DNA of 63,129 nt, filler included, from Lenisia limosa (Eukaryota > Protista > Breviatea): assembly GCA_001655205.1 (NCBI GenBank). It is 9 parts of 9 records of this genome, joined end to end, with 100 filler letters (N's around TTAATTAATTAA, not from the genome) between each part and the next. Parts side by side here need not be neighbours in the genome. Positions count along the whole stretch, not along the records: positions 20,915 to 27,856 come from LPNZ01009313.1; positions 27,957 to 35,785 come from LPNZ01003466.1; positions 35,886 to 44,062 come from LPNZ01011386.1; 6 more parts are not named here. One strand, written 5' to 3'. Below are positions 25,101 to 36,027 of this stretch, piece by piece. Position 1 is the stretch's first letter; each line of letters begins with the position of its first letter. A model generated the notes under the pieces. That model saw only the letters and a program-made list of their open reading frames with translations. It was not told the origin of the DNA and made no database searches. The position numbers and the translations under genes were made by a program.

Positions 25101-26355
25101 ATGCAGAGGCTATTATCCTTATTCATTAATATAATCCTTGTAGGTTAGGTGAATTAATATGATACTCTAATCCAATATCTCTTATAAGCGTGATGATGTG
25201 GACGGCTTCGGCCAGATACTATCTTATTGTTTATTTCTCATTGCCATATTTTTATTATTTTTTTTTTTGGGAGGGGGGAGGGGTATTATATACAAGGGGG
25301 CACTAAAAAGATACAAACCCTATGTTCTTTCTTTTTTTTCTTTTTTTTTGACCCTTTCTAGGAAGGCAAGCACTACATTTCATCCCTCTCCCCATGCGAA
25401 ACCCCGAAGGTTGGCTTTTCCCTACTTTTCTGCAGCATACTGTGTATTTCGGAAATATATATTTTTTTTTCTTTTCATAAATTCGTATTATTCTATTTAG
25501 TATTGCATATCCCGCTGTCCCGTTTCACCAATATTCTTCATCGAAATTTTCTTCGTTTACCCCCCAGGAACTTGGAGCTGAGGAAGCCACCCCTGAGGGT
25601 TGTGTCATGATCGTCAAGCCGGCTTTCGAGGTTCATGTTGAGATCAAGGTATGTGGCTGCAATATGGGTTTTTTTGGTTTTGTTTCAGAAAATGTCTATT
25701 TTATTTCTCTCTCTCTCTCTCTCCCCCTAAAAACCAAAAACTAATTTTACGTACGCTGGAGTGATGGGATGCGGCGCTGCAGAAGCGACAGGCCTGGGCT
25801 TTGTTTGTTNNNNNNNNNNNNNNNNNNNNNNNNNNNNNNNNNNNNNNNNNNNNNNNNNNNNNNNNNNNNNNNNNNNNNNNNNNNNNNNNNNNNNNNNNNN
25901 NNNNNNNNNNNNNNNNNNNNNNNNNAGGACAATGTCACTCACCAAGTGGGGGTGGGGGCTATACTTGCACAGTGACCGGGAGTCTTGACCTATTTTCCTT
26001 AGTAATACACAAGCAAAGACTTCACTGTATGTATCTGTGGTATTTATTATTCACTATGTTGTGGGGAGTGAACGATTGTTTTTTTGTTGTTGTTTTATTT
26101 CCGTATTAGCTGGGGGAGTATATCAGCTTGAAATATTAAGAGACATCAAGTGACTTCTTTCTGATACCCTCTTTTTATGCCTCATCATATCACCCACGCT
26201 TCCAGCTTGGTCTTCTTGCCAAGAAGCAGGAGAAACCAGGCTACAACAAGGCTCCAGCCAAGATTGTTGAGGCTGACAAGGCCAAAAAAGAGAGCCTCAC
26301 TAAAGAACTTGCGGTCGTTGAGGCGGCTATTGTTTCTTTCAGCGCTCTTTGCTAG
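20943..26355 (+). CDS. VARS: Valyl-tRNA synthetase, C-terminal half (5' partial, at least 15 exons)
   Basis: [82 protein letters not shown], coiled-coil tail ending SFSALC-TAG. Confidence 0.97.
21064..21175. mobile_element. MITE family D copy (degenerate right end)
   Basis: ta-gggcttcacttgggtcc...atcgagaattcaggctttttgtgaccg; same family as 22140-22234. Confidence 0.7.
21396..21522 (+). repeat. Stacked intron 3' modules B + H
   Basis: ttagtacctttacgccagtattcttcatcgaaatttccttcgttttac-C-run followed by tcataaatcagccttcttacacgtccttcg...ttttactcctctttag, ending at the acceptor. Confidence 0.85.
22140..22234. mobile_element. MITE family D, clearest copy (95 bp, TA-flanked)
   Basis: TA-gggcttcactttggttcaaaaaag ... 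ctttttcgaaccgaagtgaagtcc-TA; ~25-30 bp imperfect TIRs. Confidence 0.85.
22635..22740 (+). repeat. Intron 3' module A ending at a ValRS acceptor
   Basis: agaagcgactgcctgggctttgttttgttgttatc...aacagagttgatttcgggcttttgttttataaatgttccagttttac...ggcag, then exon GRDVNLD. Confidence 0.85.
22893..23049 (+). repeat. Stacked intron 3' modules A + H
   Basis: tgtgtgttgtcagccaaccgagttgatttgggatttttgtttc...ttttac-C-run, then module H, then acceptor cccccag. Confidence 0.85.
23701..23754 (+). repeat. Intron 3' module B ending at a ValRS acceptor
   Basis: ttagtacctttatgccaatattcttcatcgaaatttccttcgtttactccccag, then exon YDLCDNYLE; further B copies at 25528-25567, 33415-33462 and 54074-54121 (minus). Confidence 0.85.
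24604..24706 (+). repeat. Triplicated 3' splice site plus exon start (36-38 bp units)
   Basis: ctttccttttYag/gaagttga three times; only the last AG (24696-24697) opens [17 protein letters not shown]. Confidence 0.85.
25163..25220 (+). repeat. Dispersed repeat family C (~55 nt, ggcTTCGgcc hairpin), representative copy
   Basis: tactctaatccaatatctcttataagcgtgatgatgtggacggcttcggccagatac; related copies near 3367(-), 4652, 7505, 23290, 24398, 26501, 44557, 47850(-, two), 50425 and 55389 (two). Confidence 0.85.
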
Positions 26356-26449
26356 AGCTCTTTGCAAACTTATAATGCATTTTCTGCTTTGTTTTCATAG
26401 GATTTATGTCAAGCGAGAGGCAAATGATTGGGTGAATTAGTAATTACTA

Positions 26450-27856
26450 TTCAGTATGCTGGGGAGGCACGCAGAAAGCTGTGTGCACAGAGTTTTGGTC
26501 ATCTCTTATAAGCGTGATGGTGTAGACGGCTTCGGCCAGATACATCTTTCTTTTTATTTATCATTGCCATATATATTCCAATATCCTGGTGTGGACGGCT
26601 TCAGGGGAAGCTAGGCCACTAAGCATCCCTGTTATCGTGAGACACCCTCACCACGTAACGCAAGAGAATGAGAGCCTGAGCGTATCATACAATGTGACAA
26701 AATAGCGAAAGCTGGAATTATGACATTCAATCCTGTGGGTTTGGTGGAGTGCTTCCATTAACTCCCCCCTTCCCTCCGCCCGCTTTGTCTTCTGAAACCA
26801 AAAAAATCAAGAAAAAAGCAAAATAAAGCGAATAAAATATCTACGATTCCAAATGAGAAGAAACCGTCAAATATACAGCATAATATAGTCTGTCATCGTA
26901 TGTGGGTGATATGTGACAGGCCCTTTAACATGACTTGGTACATTCATAATATACAATGGAGGTAGTACAATACAGGAAACAACTAAAGTAATATACATGG
27001 GGGTGGGAGGGGGTTAGACTTGGCCAAATCGCTTCCACCATTTCTGCCTAGTGACAAGGACATTCTTGTGGTTTTGGGAGGGCAGGGAGGAAAGCAAATC
27101 CCCGATCTAAATGATCAGCTCTATGCTTTACTTGTTCCCTCAGATATACTCCATGTGTATGATGTTTATTGCTTTCAAAAAAAAAAAGTTTCTTGCATTT
27201 GAAATGTCTACTAATGTCAGCATTTGAGAGGGTCTATGGGAGGATACAATCTAATTTGATTCCTCACCTCTACATCCGTGGTTGCTCACCCACAAATGTA
27301 TGAAGGCCACCAAGAACCACACTTTTGTGGGTGAGCAACCCACTCCACTCCCCCCCCCCCCCNNNNNNNNNNNNNNNNNNNNNNNNNNNNNNNNNNNNNN
27401 NNNNNNNNNNNNNNNNNNNNNNNNNNNNNNNNNNNNNNNNNNNNNNNNNNNNNNNNNNNNNNNNCAAGCGGCTAAAAGGTCATAAAATGAAGAAAAAACA
27501 AATAGCAATGTATGTGGAAGTACATTTTGGAAACAAAAATGCAAAACAAGTAGTCTCTGGCGAAGTCGGCCACTATAGAAGCTATATAGCAAGAGAAATA
27601 AAAAATAGAAGTTGACAAAATCCAAGCCACGTTTCTCAGTGACAAACCTGCTTTAAGGGTCAACATAATGAACATGCTTTTGTATACATATCTTAGAATA
27701 CCCTAATCCCCCACCTCAACAAACACATGTTTACCCTGGGATTATCCATACCTTAACAAGCTTTTCATCGATGGGTTTGTCCTCTCCTCCGTCTTCATTT
27801 TGCTCTTTTTCATCGTCATTCGAGTCAGAAGCATGCAAAATTGATTCAGCTTCTTC
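26450..27856 (-). CDS. Hypothetical protein, fragmentary minus-strand exons (5' partial)
   Basis: Acidic exon EEAESILHASDSNDDEKEQNEDGGEDKPIDEKLVK followed by a gtatgg donor; further exons unclear. Confidence 0.3.
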
Positions 27857-27956
27857 NNNNNNNNNNNNNNNNNNNNNNNNNNNNNNNNNNNNNNNNNNNN
27901 TTAATTAATTAANNNNNNNNNNNNNNNNNNNNNNNNNNNNNNNNNNNNNNNNNNNN
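27857..27956. other. Artificial scaffold-joining spacer
   Basis: TTAATTAATTAA at 27901-27912 within N run. Confidence 0.95.
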
Positions 27957-27989
27957 CCCCCCCCCCCCATCATTTCCAGCTCTGCCCAC

Positions 27990-30955
27990 TGTGAAAGGAA
28001 TGCAAGGTGCTCCTGTGAGTTATAAACTTTACTAGGGTCACGAGTCACGTCAACGGAAAGTCCTAGGCATCGTCCATGCAAACGGGATACCTAGACAGTT
28101 CGATTTGCTTGTTAAATAACCCTGCGAAAATCCCTCTGTGATTGTTTCGTTCCACCTAGAATTATGTCCATTTTCTGGGGTATTTGACTATAGTTATTTA
28201 TTGACAGTATTTCGTTTTTTTTATGAAACCCCCATAGTTTAAATTTTAGTTGAAACGAAGATACTTTTTGTGCAAGAGCTCAAGTGTTTGAAATACTTGG
28301 CATCCAAGGAAAGAAGCTACCCGTTACCTCGGGAGTTGGAGGCTCGCTAACAGTCAATGAAAACCGAGGGTCTTGGTCTACAAGCTGCTTGGTGAAAACG
28401 GACATTCCAAATAGTAATGAATTCAGAGAACGTGACAGAAGAATACGTGTGTGTGTGTGTGGGGTACTACCAGATAGAAAAGAATAAAGGGAATAGTGAC
28501 TAGAGATAGTGGCATTTGCTCAATATGGACTAGAGATAGTGGTGGCATTTGCTCAATAAGGACTAGAGGTAGTAAGTAGCATATGCCACATTGCTTTGGA
28601 TTCAATGTTCACCCAACCTCAATGAACTGAACAAGGGACCCCTTTCGGTAGGGAGAGCAGAAGAAGGCCACGCCATTTTCAGCCAAAGTGGCGTGGATAA
28701 CGTGTAACAGGTCTTCATGGTNNNNNNNNNNNNNNNNNNNNNNNNNNNNNNNNNNNNNNNNNNNNNNNNNNNNNNNNNNNNNNNNNNNNNNNNNNNNNNN
28801 NNNNNNNNNNNNNNNNNNNNNNNNNNNNNNNNNNNNNNNNNNNNNNNNNNNNNNNNNNNNNNNNNNNNNNNNNNNNNNNNNNNNNNNNNNNNNNNNNNNN
28901 NNNNNNNNNNNNNNNNNNNNNNNNNNNNNNNNNNNNNNNNNNNNNNNNNNNNNNNNNNNNNNNNNNNNNNNNNGTCAGAATCTATCAAAGATAGACGAAT
29001 GAAACATCGATTAAAAGATCACACACATACATATGTCCCCATGATGTCTTGGGTTTTAGACCAGGAATCTTTGCATTTTCTTGTTATGAAATTAAAGAAG
29101 AAATAAAGTTCTCCTGTCAATATGTCTTACTTCAATGCTGCCCAAAAGTACCCACCATTTTGAACCAGAGTAGTCTTCAGCCTTGTTCCATAAGAGCTTC
29201 TCAGCAACTACAGGGTTCGCTGACGTGTTGCGCTGCACGTTGGCTTTCAGAGCGGTCACAACGTCTTCATTGCCGTCCGTTACTGGTTGGTGATGTGGGG
29301 GTATGAGCAGAGTGATTGTCTTGATGGGAGGAACGGTGGTCTTCAAAAATCCCTGAGCAAACTGGGTAGTTGTAAGGTGCAGTTATGACTTGTGATTTCT
29401 TACGATCCATTGTCCAATATTGATGATGACCCATCATTGCGAATGTATGCTTCCAACAAAACACGGACAAAGATTGTAACATGAAACCACTACCATTGCG
29501 ACCCCTCATAAAACAACTTAACAAAGACGTGCCAACAGCCTACGCGTCATTTCGCTTATTTCAAGTTCGGGGAGGCAGGAGAGCGCCAGGCCGGCCAGGC
29601 CAGCATTGCCTGCACCAAGTTCTAATATCCTGGACTTCGGCTCTATGGCTTGGAGTTGGAGGACACAGGCAGCTAGCACCTAGTGTTGGCGGAGTAAAAT
29701 AGGAAAATTTATGAAACAAAAAAGCCCAAAATCAATGATGGGGGGTGAATGATGCGGTTCTTGTAGTACCCTCTTCCAACTAATCAGCCATAGCCCCCAC
29801 CTATCCAACAATACCAAGTCCCTCCTCACCGATTCGGAAGGCCAGGATTTATGCAGCCCTGTGAGGCCGGCGGGGTCGTTGGCCTGGGGGTGGGGTGTGA
29901 GAGTTGCATTGTAAGTAGGTGTGTAGTTGTCTAATAACACTGCCTGGTGATAGGACATCTCTATAAACACTGTGCCAAAGGCAAAAGAACAATACTAATT
30001 ATTATCATGAATATTATAAATAAAAATTACTTGCCAAATAGAGATTTCTCTCACTGACAATAATGCCTCGTACAAGCTATCAAAATGAAAAAAAAACTCC
30101 AAAACCGACATCAAAATCTTTGACCGACATGAAGCCCTCCCTCCTTTGCACAACCGAAAAAGTTGATGTTGAAGAAACACGGGGGTTCCGCGCATCTAAT
30201 CGATTGAAAAATGACCGCATATTTTTAAGCTGGTACCCAATAACATCTGCTTCCAAAGCCGGGATTACTTTCAAGCAAAACCCTTCCAAGTATATCATAT
30301 ATTGCTTTAATGGTGAGTTTTTGTTTCTAATATGCCTGGTGTATGATGCCATATCATATCTGCCCAAGAAAATAAACTATCTTAAACTACCCAAAATACA
30401 AAAGCAATTTAACCCACCTTGAAAGCGGCACCACTCCGGGCCGCAATGACTTCCGACACACTTCGGAGACACTGTGAACGTCACACACTCCCAGCCAGCT
30501 GAAGACTAAAACAGTATTAAGGTGGGGGCTAAAGATTTCGGATGAAGCTCCTTTTTGCCATCTGTGAATCATAAAAGAGTGATTTGAAGTATCTCAGCTT
30601 TTCTGATCTTGAAATTAATAGTTGAAAAAAATAAATGAGTGATCCCATAGGGGGTGATAATGTGAGAAAGAACTCAACCTTATAAAACCAACCTCATCAG
30701 TAGATATGGCCTGGGGGAAGATGCTGAAGCCTGGAAATGAACCATCTGTTCCTCCTAAAAGGAAATAAGATATCCAAATACTTTAGAAGAGGACGTTCGT
30801 TGTAATACCCCCCCCCCCTCTCAGTATTTATTCACATGTATAATCACCCCTCCCACCAAGCTGGAAAAAGTCCTTATTAGGGTGCTTTGATGATAGGGCT
30901 TTGGCGCAGATTCCTCGCCATTTTGCCCTCAGGTTTGGCCTTGGTTGGAGGTCTG
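27990..30955 (-). CDS. CAMKMT: Calmodulin-lysine N-methyltransferase-like (family 16 SAM methyltransferase)
   Basis: NLRAKWRGICAKAL, FPGFSIFP, TGLHKSWPSES-VLAACVL, ILELGAGNAGLAGLAL, LTDGNEDVV, LLW, HEDLLHVIHATLAENGVAFFCSPYRKGSLVQF. The WPSE, ELG.G..GLAGL and TDGNE motifs fit CAMKMT. Both ends approximate. Confidence 0.75.
29680..29735 (-). repeat. Intron 3' module A (minus strand) at a CAMKMT acceptor
   Basis: Reverse complement reads attgattttgggcttttttgtttcataaattttcctattttactccgccaacactag, then exon VLAACVL. Confidence 0.85.
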
Positions 30956-31575
30956 GGGGGGGGGGGGGNNNNNNNNNNNNNNNNNNNNNNNNNNNNNNNN
31001 NNNNNNNNNNNNNNNNNNNNNNNNNNNNNNNNNNNNNNNNNNNNNNNNNNNNNNNNNNNNNNNNNNNNNNNNNNNNNNNNNNNNNNNNNNNNNNNNNNNN
31101 NNNNNNNNNNNNNNNNNNNNNNNNNNNNNNNCCTTAAATTTAAATCAATATCAAAAAATAGTTACACAAAACACATTCCAACCTTTATGTGAAACACACT
31201 CTGTCATTTTGGAATCTCCTTTTTAGTAACGTCAATATCTCAATATTTAGCACTTTATAAGCCAGGTATTTAGGTGTTTAGCTATTTAGCACATAATATA
31301 TTATCTCTATATTATTTTATTACTTTTTTAGCATTAGAAGCGCTGATAACAGGACGTTCAGGGCGTTTTTATTTGTAGTGTTTGTACCCGTACCGGGGTG
31401 TTTTGAAAAGCCATTTGAAAAAAAGCCAAGCCCTTTTAGACTGCGTTAAGGAAACTGTATACGCATAAACATTAACTAATAAACATTTAAGTAGACACAT
31501 TTAAGGAAGGTATTGATAGATCAGTTGTCGGCTGTCCTCCGGAATTAACCACGCTTTTCTCCCTTTAAGCTAAGG

Positions 31576-34500
31576 ATGGGAGGCCAAGGAAGACAGGGAA
31601 AGACCTCTAACCATAGAAAGCTCTCAACGTCGAACAGTAGCAACAATGCTGACCGCACGCTTGGCAAGAAGGACGTCCACAAGCGTGACAATGCCACCAT
31701 CAAGCGTATTAACATGTATAAGAAGAAGTAGGAGAGGTAAATGCCATTTTCTGCCCTTCCCTGCCTGTTTTCATGTTGTTATTTCAGTCCGAACAGGCTT
31801 GGATATGACTGCTTCCCCTCTCCTCCAATACCCTTCTCTCTGATTTAGTATATCATGGCATGCTACCACTTTTGATACGTTTTCTAAAGTATGATTCCAT
31901 TCTATCAGGACTTCATTAATTCTAGTTGTGCTTTATTTGATGATTTCAAAACACTCTATTGCTGGATCCCTGGCTCCTCTTGGGGTTCAGATCCCTTCAT
32001 ATCTTCTTTTTATGAGATACTCAAGATCTTAAACGTGATAGTGGGGGTGGCTTTCAGCCTGGTCTTTTATTATTCTCATTTCTATTCAAAGCTTTGCCCC
32101 AACTGGGCTTTGTTTTGTCGTTTTCAACCCTCATGTGTGTCACATATTTAGCCAACAGATTTGATTCTGTCTTTTATTTGTTTATATTTCATTTGTCCTC
32201 TCTTCTAACCCACCAGGCCAATCCGTGACAAGGATGGCAGACTTCTCTCCGGTGAATACATGTCTTCTACTGCCACTGGTGAGGGGGCGGGGTGAATAGC
32301 GGTTTCAGCATTGAAGGTTAGCATGGCCCTAACGCAGCAGGCGACGGCCGCGTGGCGCCCAACAGAAAGTGGTTCGGCAACACGAGGGTGATCGGACAGA
32401 AGGTATGCTGGCGTGGGTGCTTCGGTATGGTTCCAAATGTCAGATAAAACAGTGATATATCGTAGTCCTACAGACAATTGGTAAACCATTTTAGGAACTT
32501 GACACATATCGCGAAGAGCTGAAGGAGAAAATCAGTGATCCTTATGCTGGTGGGTGGGGGGCTACAGCAATTATTCCATTCTGTTGCATGTAAACCCCGT
32601 GGGTTCTTAACGTTGGGCTTTGTTTTTCAATACCCCCCTCCTTTTTTTTAATATATATTTTCATATTTGTCCCAATTCGCCTTCTTAGTTCCATTTTAGT
32701 TCTTCTGAAGCAAGCCAAGATCCCCACCTCCATCCTCACAGAGCCCAAACCCAAGGTATGCTAGTATCGGCCACCTTATTCATTTCGACAATTCGATTAT
32801 AGGGTTTTGTTTTTTGATGGATATTGCAGAACACACTCATCCCCTAATTATAATCATCTGATTCACCGCCACCCCAGACTGGTTTGTTTTGTTGTTATCG
32901 ATTCTCGTGTGTTGTCAGCCAATAGAGTTGATTTGGGCCTTTTTGTTTCATAAATTGTCCAATTTTACTCCCCCACCCCAGAAGGAAGGCAAGGAGGTCG
33001 GCCCCATGGCGTTGGACTACAAAAACGTTCTCAAGCGCAAGAACGTCAACATCGGTGCCTTCACTCTTGAGGAGTTCCAGGACAACGTGAAAAAGGCCTA
33101 TGGTGGGGTATACCACTCTTGGACTAGAACCTTTACGCTGTGCTCATTGAAATTTGATTCTGGATTCTGGATTTTTTTGATTCATTAATTTTCCAATTTC
33201 TCCTAGACGACTACACAGAGTCAGGAGATTTGAACCTGAACCACGAAGCGGAGTTCCTTGACGCCAAGAGAGCTCCTATCTTTGAGAAGGGACAGTCAAA
33301 GAGAATCTGGGGTGAACTCTACAAGGTCATTGATTCGTCCGACATTCTCATCCAGGTGGGAATCTCTTAACTCTTTCATCTTATTCAAGCGCGACATAAT
33401 TGTGGTAAATTCCCCCAATATTCTTCAGAGAAATTTCCTTCGTTTTACCTCCCCCCCCCCAGGTCCTTGACGCACGTGACCCGATGGGCACGAGGTCACC
33501 GCATTTGGAGTCTGTCCTCCGCCACCGCGAGAAGCAGCACAAGCACCTGGTGTTCGTACTCAATAAGTGCGATCTCATCCCGGGTCATATTGCGGTGGGG
33601 AGGGGGGGCTCGGCTCATCTTTCTATTCTTCTTCATCTTTCTATATTCTTCATCCTTGTTCTTCAGTTAGTATTTGTATCTTAAATCATGTCCATTTGAT
33701 TCTCCAGAAAAAGTGGGTTCAGACTCTCTCCAAGGAGTACCCTACCATCGCCTTCCACGCCTCTATCACAAACCCCTTCGGTACATTGGAAACGTGGTGC
33801 TGTGGACGGCTGAGACTTTATCCTGCGCATTCTTTTGCGCTGCTTGGACTGTTCTTTCGTTAAAATAACCCACAAGTTTTCCATCAAATTTGTGATAATC
33901 TGTATTTCTAACTATTAAGGCAAGGGATCTTTGATCCAGCTCCTCCGTCAATTCGTCCGTCTTCATCCCGACAAGAAAAACATCAGGTATTGATAATGCG
34001 ACTTTTCTGGTTCATCTTCCTTCTTTTTTTGTGTATCTTGTTTTCTGGTGTGTCTTGTTTTCTGGTGCTTCTTCCTTCTTTTTCGTGTGTCTTTTTTTTT
34101 GATATTACCTAAACCCCCCAGTGTTGGTATGGTTGGATATCCCAATGTCGGCAAGTCGTCTCTGATCAACACCCTTCGTGGCAAGAAGGTCTGCGAAACT
34201 GCCCCGATCCCTGGTGAAACTAAGGTAAGTCCAGTTCTGTGTTTTACTACTGAGGAGGGTATCAAAAATCCATCTAATATGCATATGTGTATATATATAC
34301 GTATCATACGACAAACTAATATTTAATCACGCACTGTTCTATTCCACAATTGGAATTTCATCGTTATAACATTATTGCTCATAATGTATAATGTTGCACT
34401 GATGGATGATACTTGTTTTCTGGATTGATTTTAGTTTTTGAACCTCCGGTGCCGCTTGAATGGTGGAGATCTTTACACCCTCCAGGTTTGGCGCTACATC

Positions 34501-35785
34501 ACGCTCATGAAGAAAATTTTCCTCATTGATTGCCCCGGAACAGTCCCCCCCAACAACAAGGATTCCGAAGCCGATGTCGTGCTGAAGGGTGGGCCGTTGT
34601 TCATGNNNNNNNNNNNNNNNNNNNNNNNNNNNNNNNNNNNNNNNNNNNNNNNNNNNNNNNNNNNNNNNNNNNNNNNNNNNNNNNNNNNNNNNNNNNNNNN
34701 NNNNNNNNNNNNNNNNNNNNNNNNNNNNNNNNNNNNNNNNNNNNNNNNNNNNNNNNNNNNNNNNNNNNNNNNAATATCTGCCCGTCCAGTGCTTCCCACA
34801 TCATATTCAGTCATATCTCATACCCGGCTTCACACCTCCTACAGGAGTCGTACGTATCGAGCAATTGGAGGATGCTACTCAGTACATCAGCGTTCTCCTT
34901 GGTGGGACCCCCACGTGTTATTTAGTTCATGCCAACTTCTCCGATCCTTGGGATCCTTACCCCAGCAGACCGCATTAAGCCCGAGTATCTGCGCCGTCTG
35001 TACCGCATCAAGAACTTCGAGGACTACATCGACTTCCTTGAACAACATGCCAGGAACACAGGAAAACTGCTCAAGGTGGGGGGTTCTTGAGCCAACAACT
35101 ATCCAGTATTTCAACTGGTTGATTGGGCGAGGTAAGGTAGAGGGGACTGTTTTGGACTTTGTGTCTTGAATGGCTCACTTTGTTACGTTGTTTGTCCTCC
35201 TCATTCTGCTAAGTCTCATATTATGTCTGTCCGCCTCATTATACGAAGTCTCATGTTTGGTGGACGATGATAGTCCATTATTGTTCCTAACACATCAGGG
35301 AGGCGAGCCAGACCTCAACTCTGCCGCCAAAATGGTCCTTCAAGATTGGCAGAGGGGCAAGATCCCTTACTTCACCCTCCCCCCTGGTAGGTCATCTTTG
35401 CCGGGCTTTACTGCACAATTGGAAGGATCAGGTTCAGTTTAAATGTGATGATATAGAGTAAGAAGATCTGTCAGTTTGTTCCCATACATGAAAATAATCT
35501 GTTCTGTGTGGACATTCGAATCACTGTTTCAGATGTGACTGAGGAGTCATTAGAGGCCGAGCGACTTGAACGCAAAAAGAAAAAGACTGTATATGGGGCT
35601 TCATCTATCCCAGACATTCATATTCATAGAAGCCTACAATTGGTGTACTTGCTTTTCTGTCATTTACCTTATTATTCCTTCTTAATACCCTTGGTTCTAT
35701 CAAAAACATTTTACATATAATCTACCCCCTTTTTGACACTGTTAGGAGGAAGAAAAGAACAACCAGATGGAAGAGGAGGATGATG
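31576..35785 (+). CDS. NOG2: Nucleolar GTP-binding protein 2 (NOG2/GNL2), about 17 exons, 3' partial
   Basis: [108 protein letters not shown]. Confidence 0.97.
32879..32981 (+). repeat. Intron 3' module A at a NOG2 acceptor
   Basis: ctggtttgttttgttgttatcgattctcgtgtgttgtcagccaatagagttgatttgggcctttttgtttcataaattgtccaattttactcccccaccccag; a more diverged copy is at 32101-32216. Confidence 0.9.
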
Positions 35786-35885
35786 NNNNNNNNNNNNNNN
35801 NNNNNNNNNNNNNNNNNNNNNNNNNNNNNTTAATTAATTAANNNNNNNNNNNNNNNNNNNNNNNNNNNNNNNNNNNNNNNNNNNN
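35786..35885. other. Artificial scaffold-joining spacer
   Basis: TTAATTAATTAA at 35830-35841 within N run. Confidence 0.95.
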
Positions 35886-36027
35886 TGGAGGGGGGAAGGG
35901 GTTTGTTGCAAGGATTTTTGTTTTTGTATTTTTGATGTATTTGCATACGCAAACGAATGTCATACAAATACATATCTTGGATGTATAACAAAATAAACGA
36001 ACATTGACCCCACTAAATCCCCTCAAG

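Noticed and set aside
25163-25220. Family C as a box C/D snoRNA
   Set aside because: GTGATGA appears in only one copy and no CTGA D box or terminal stem is conserved.
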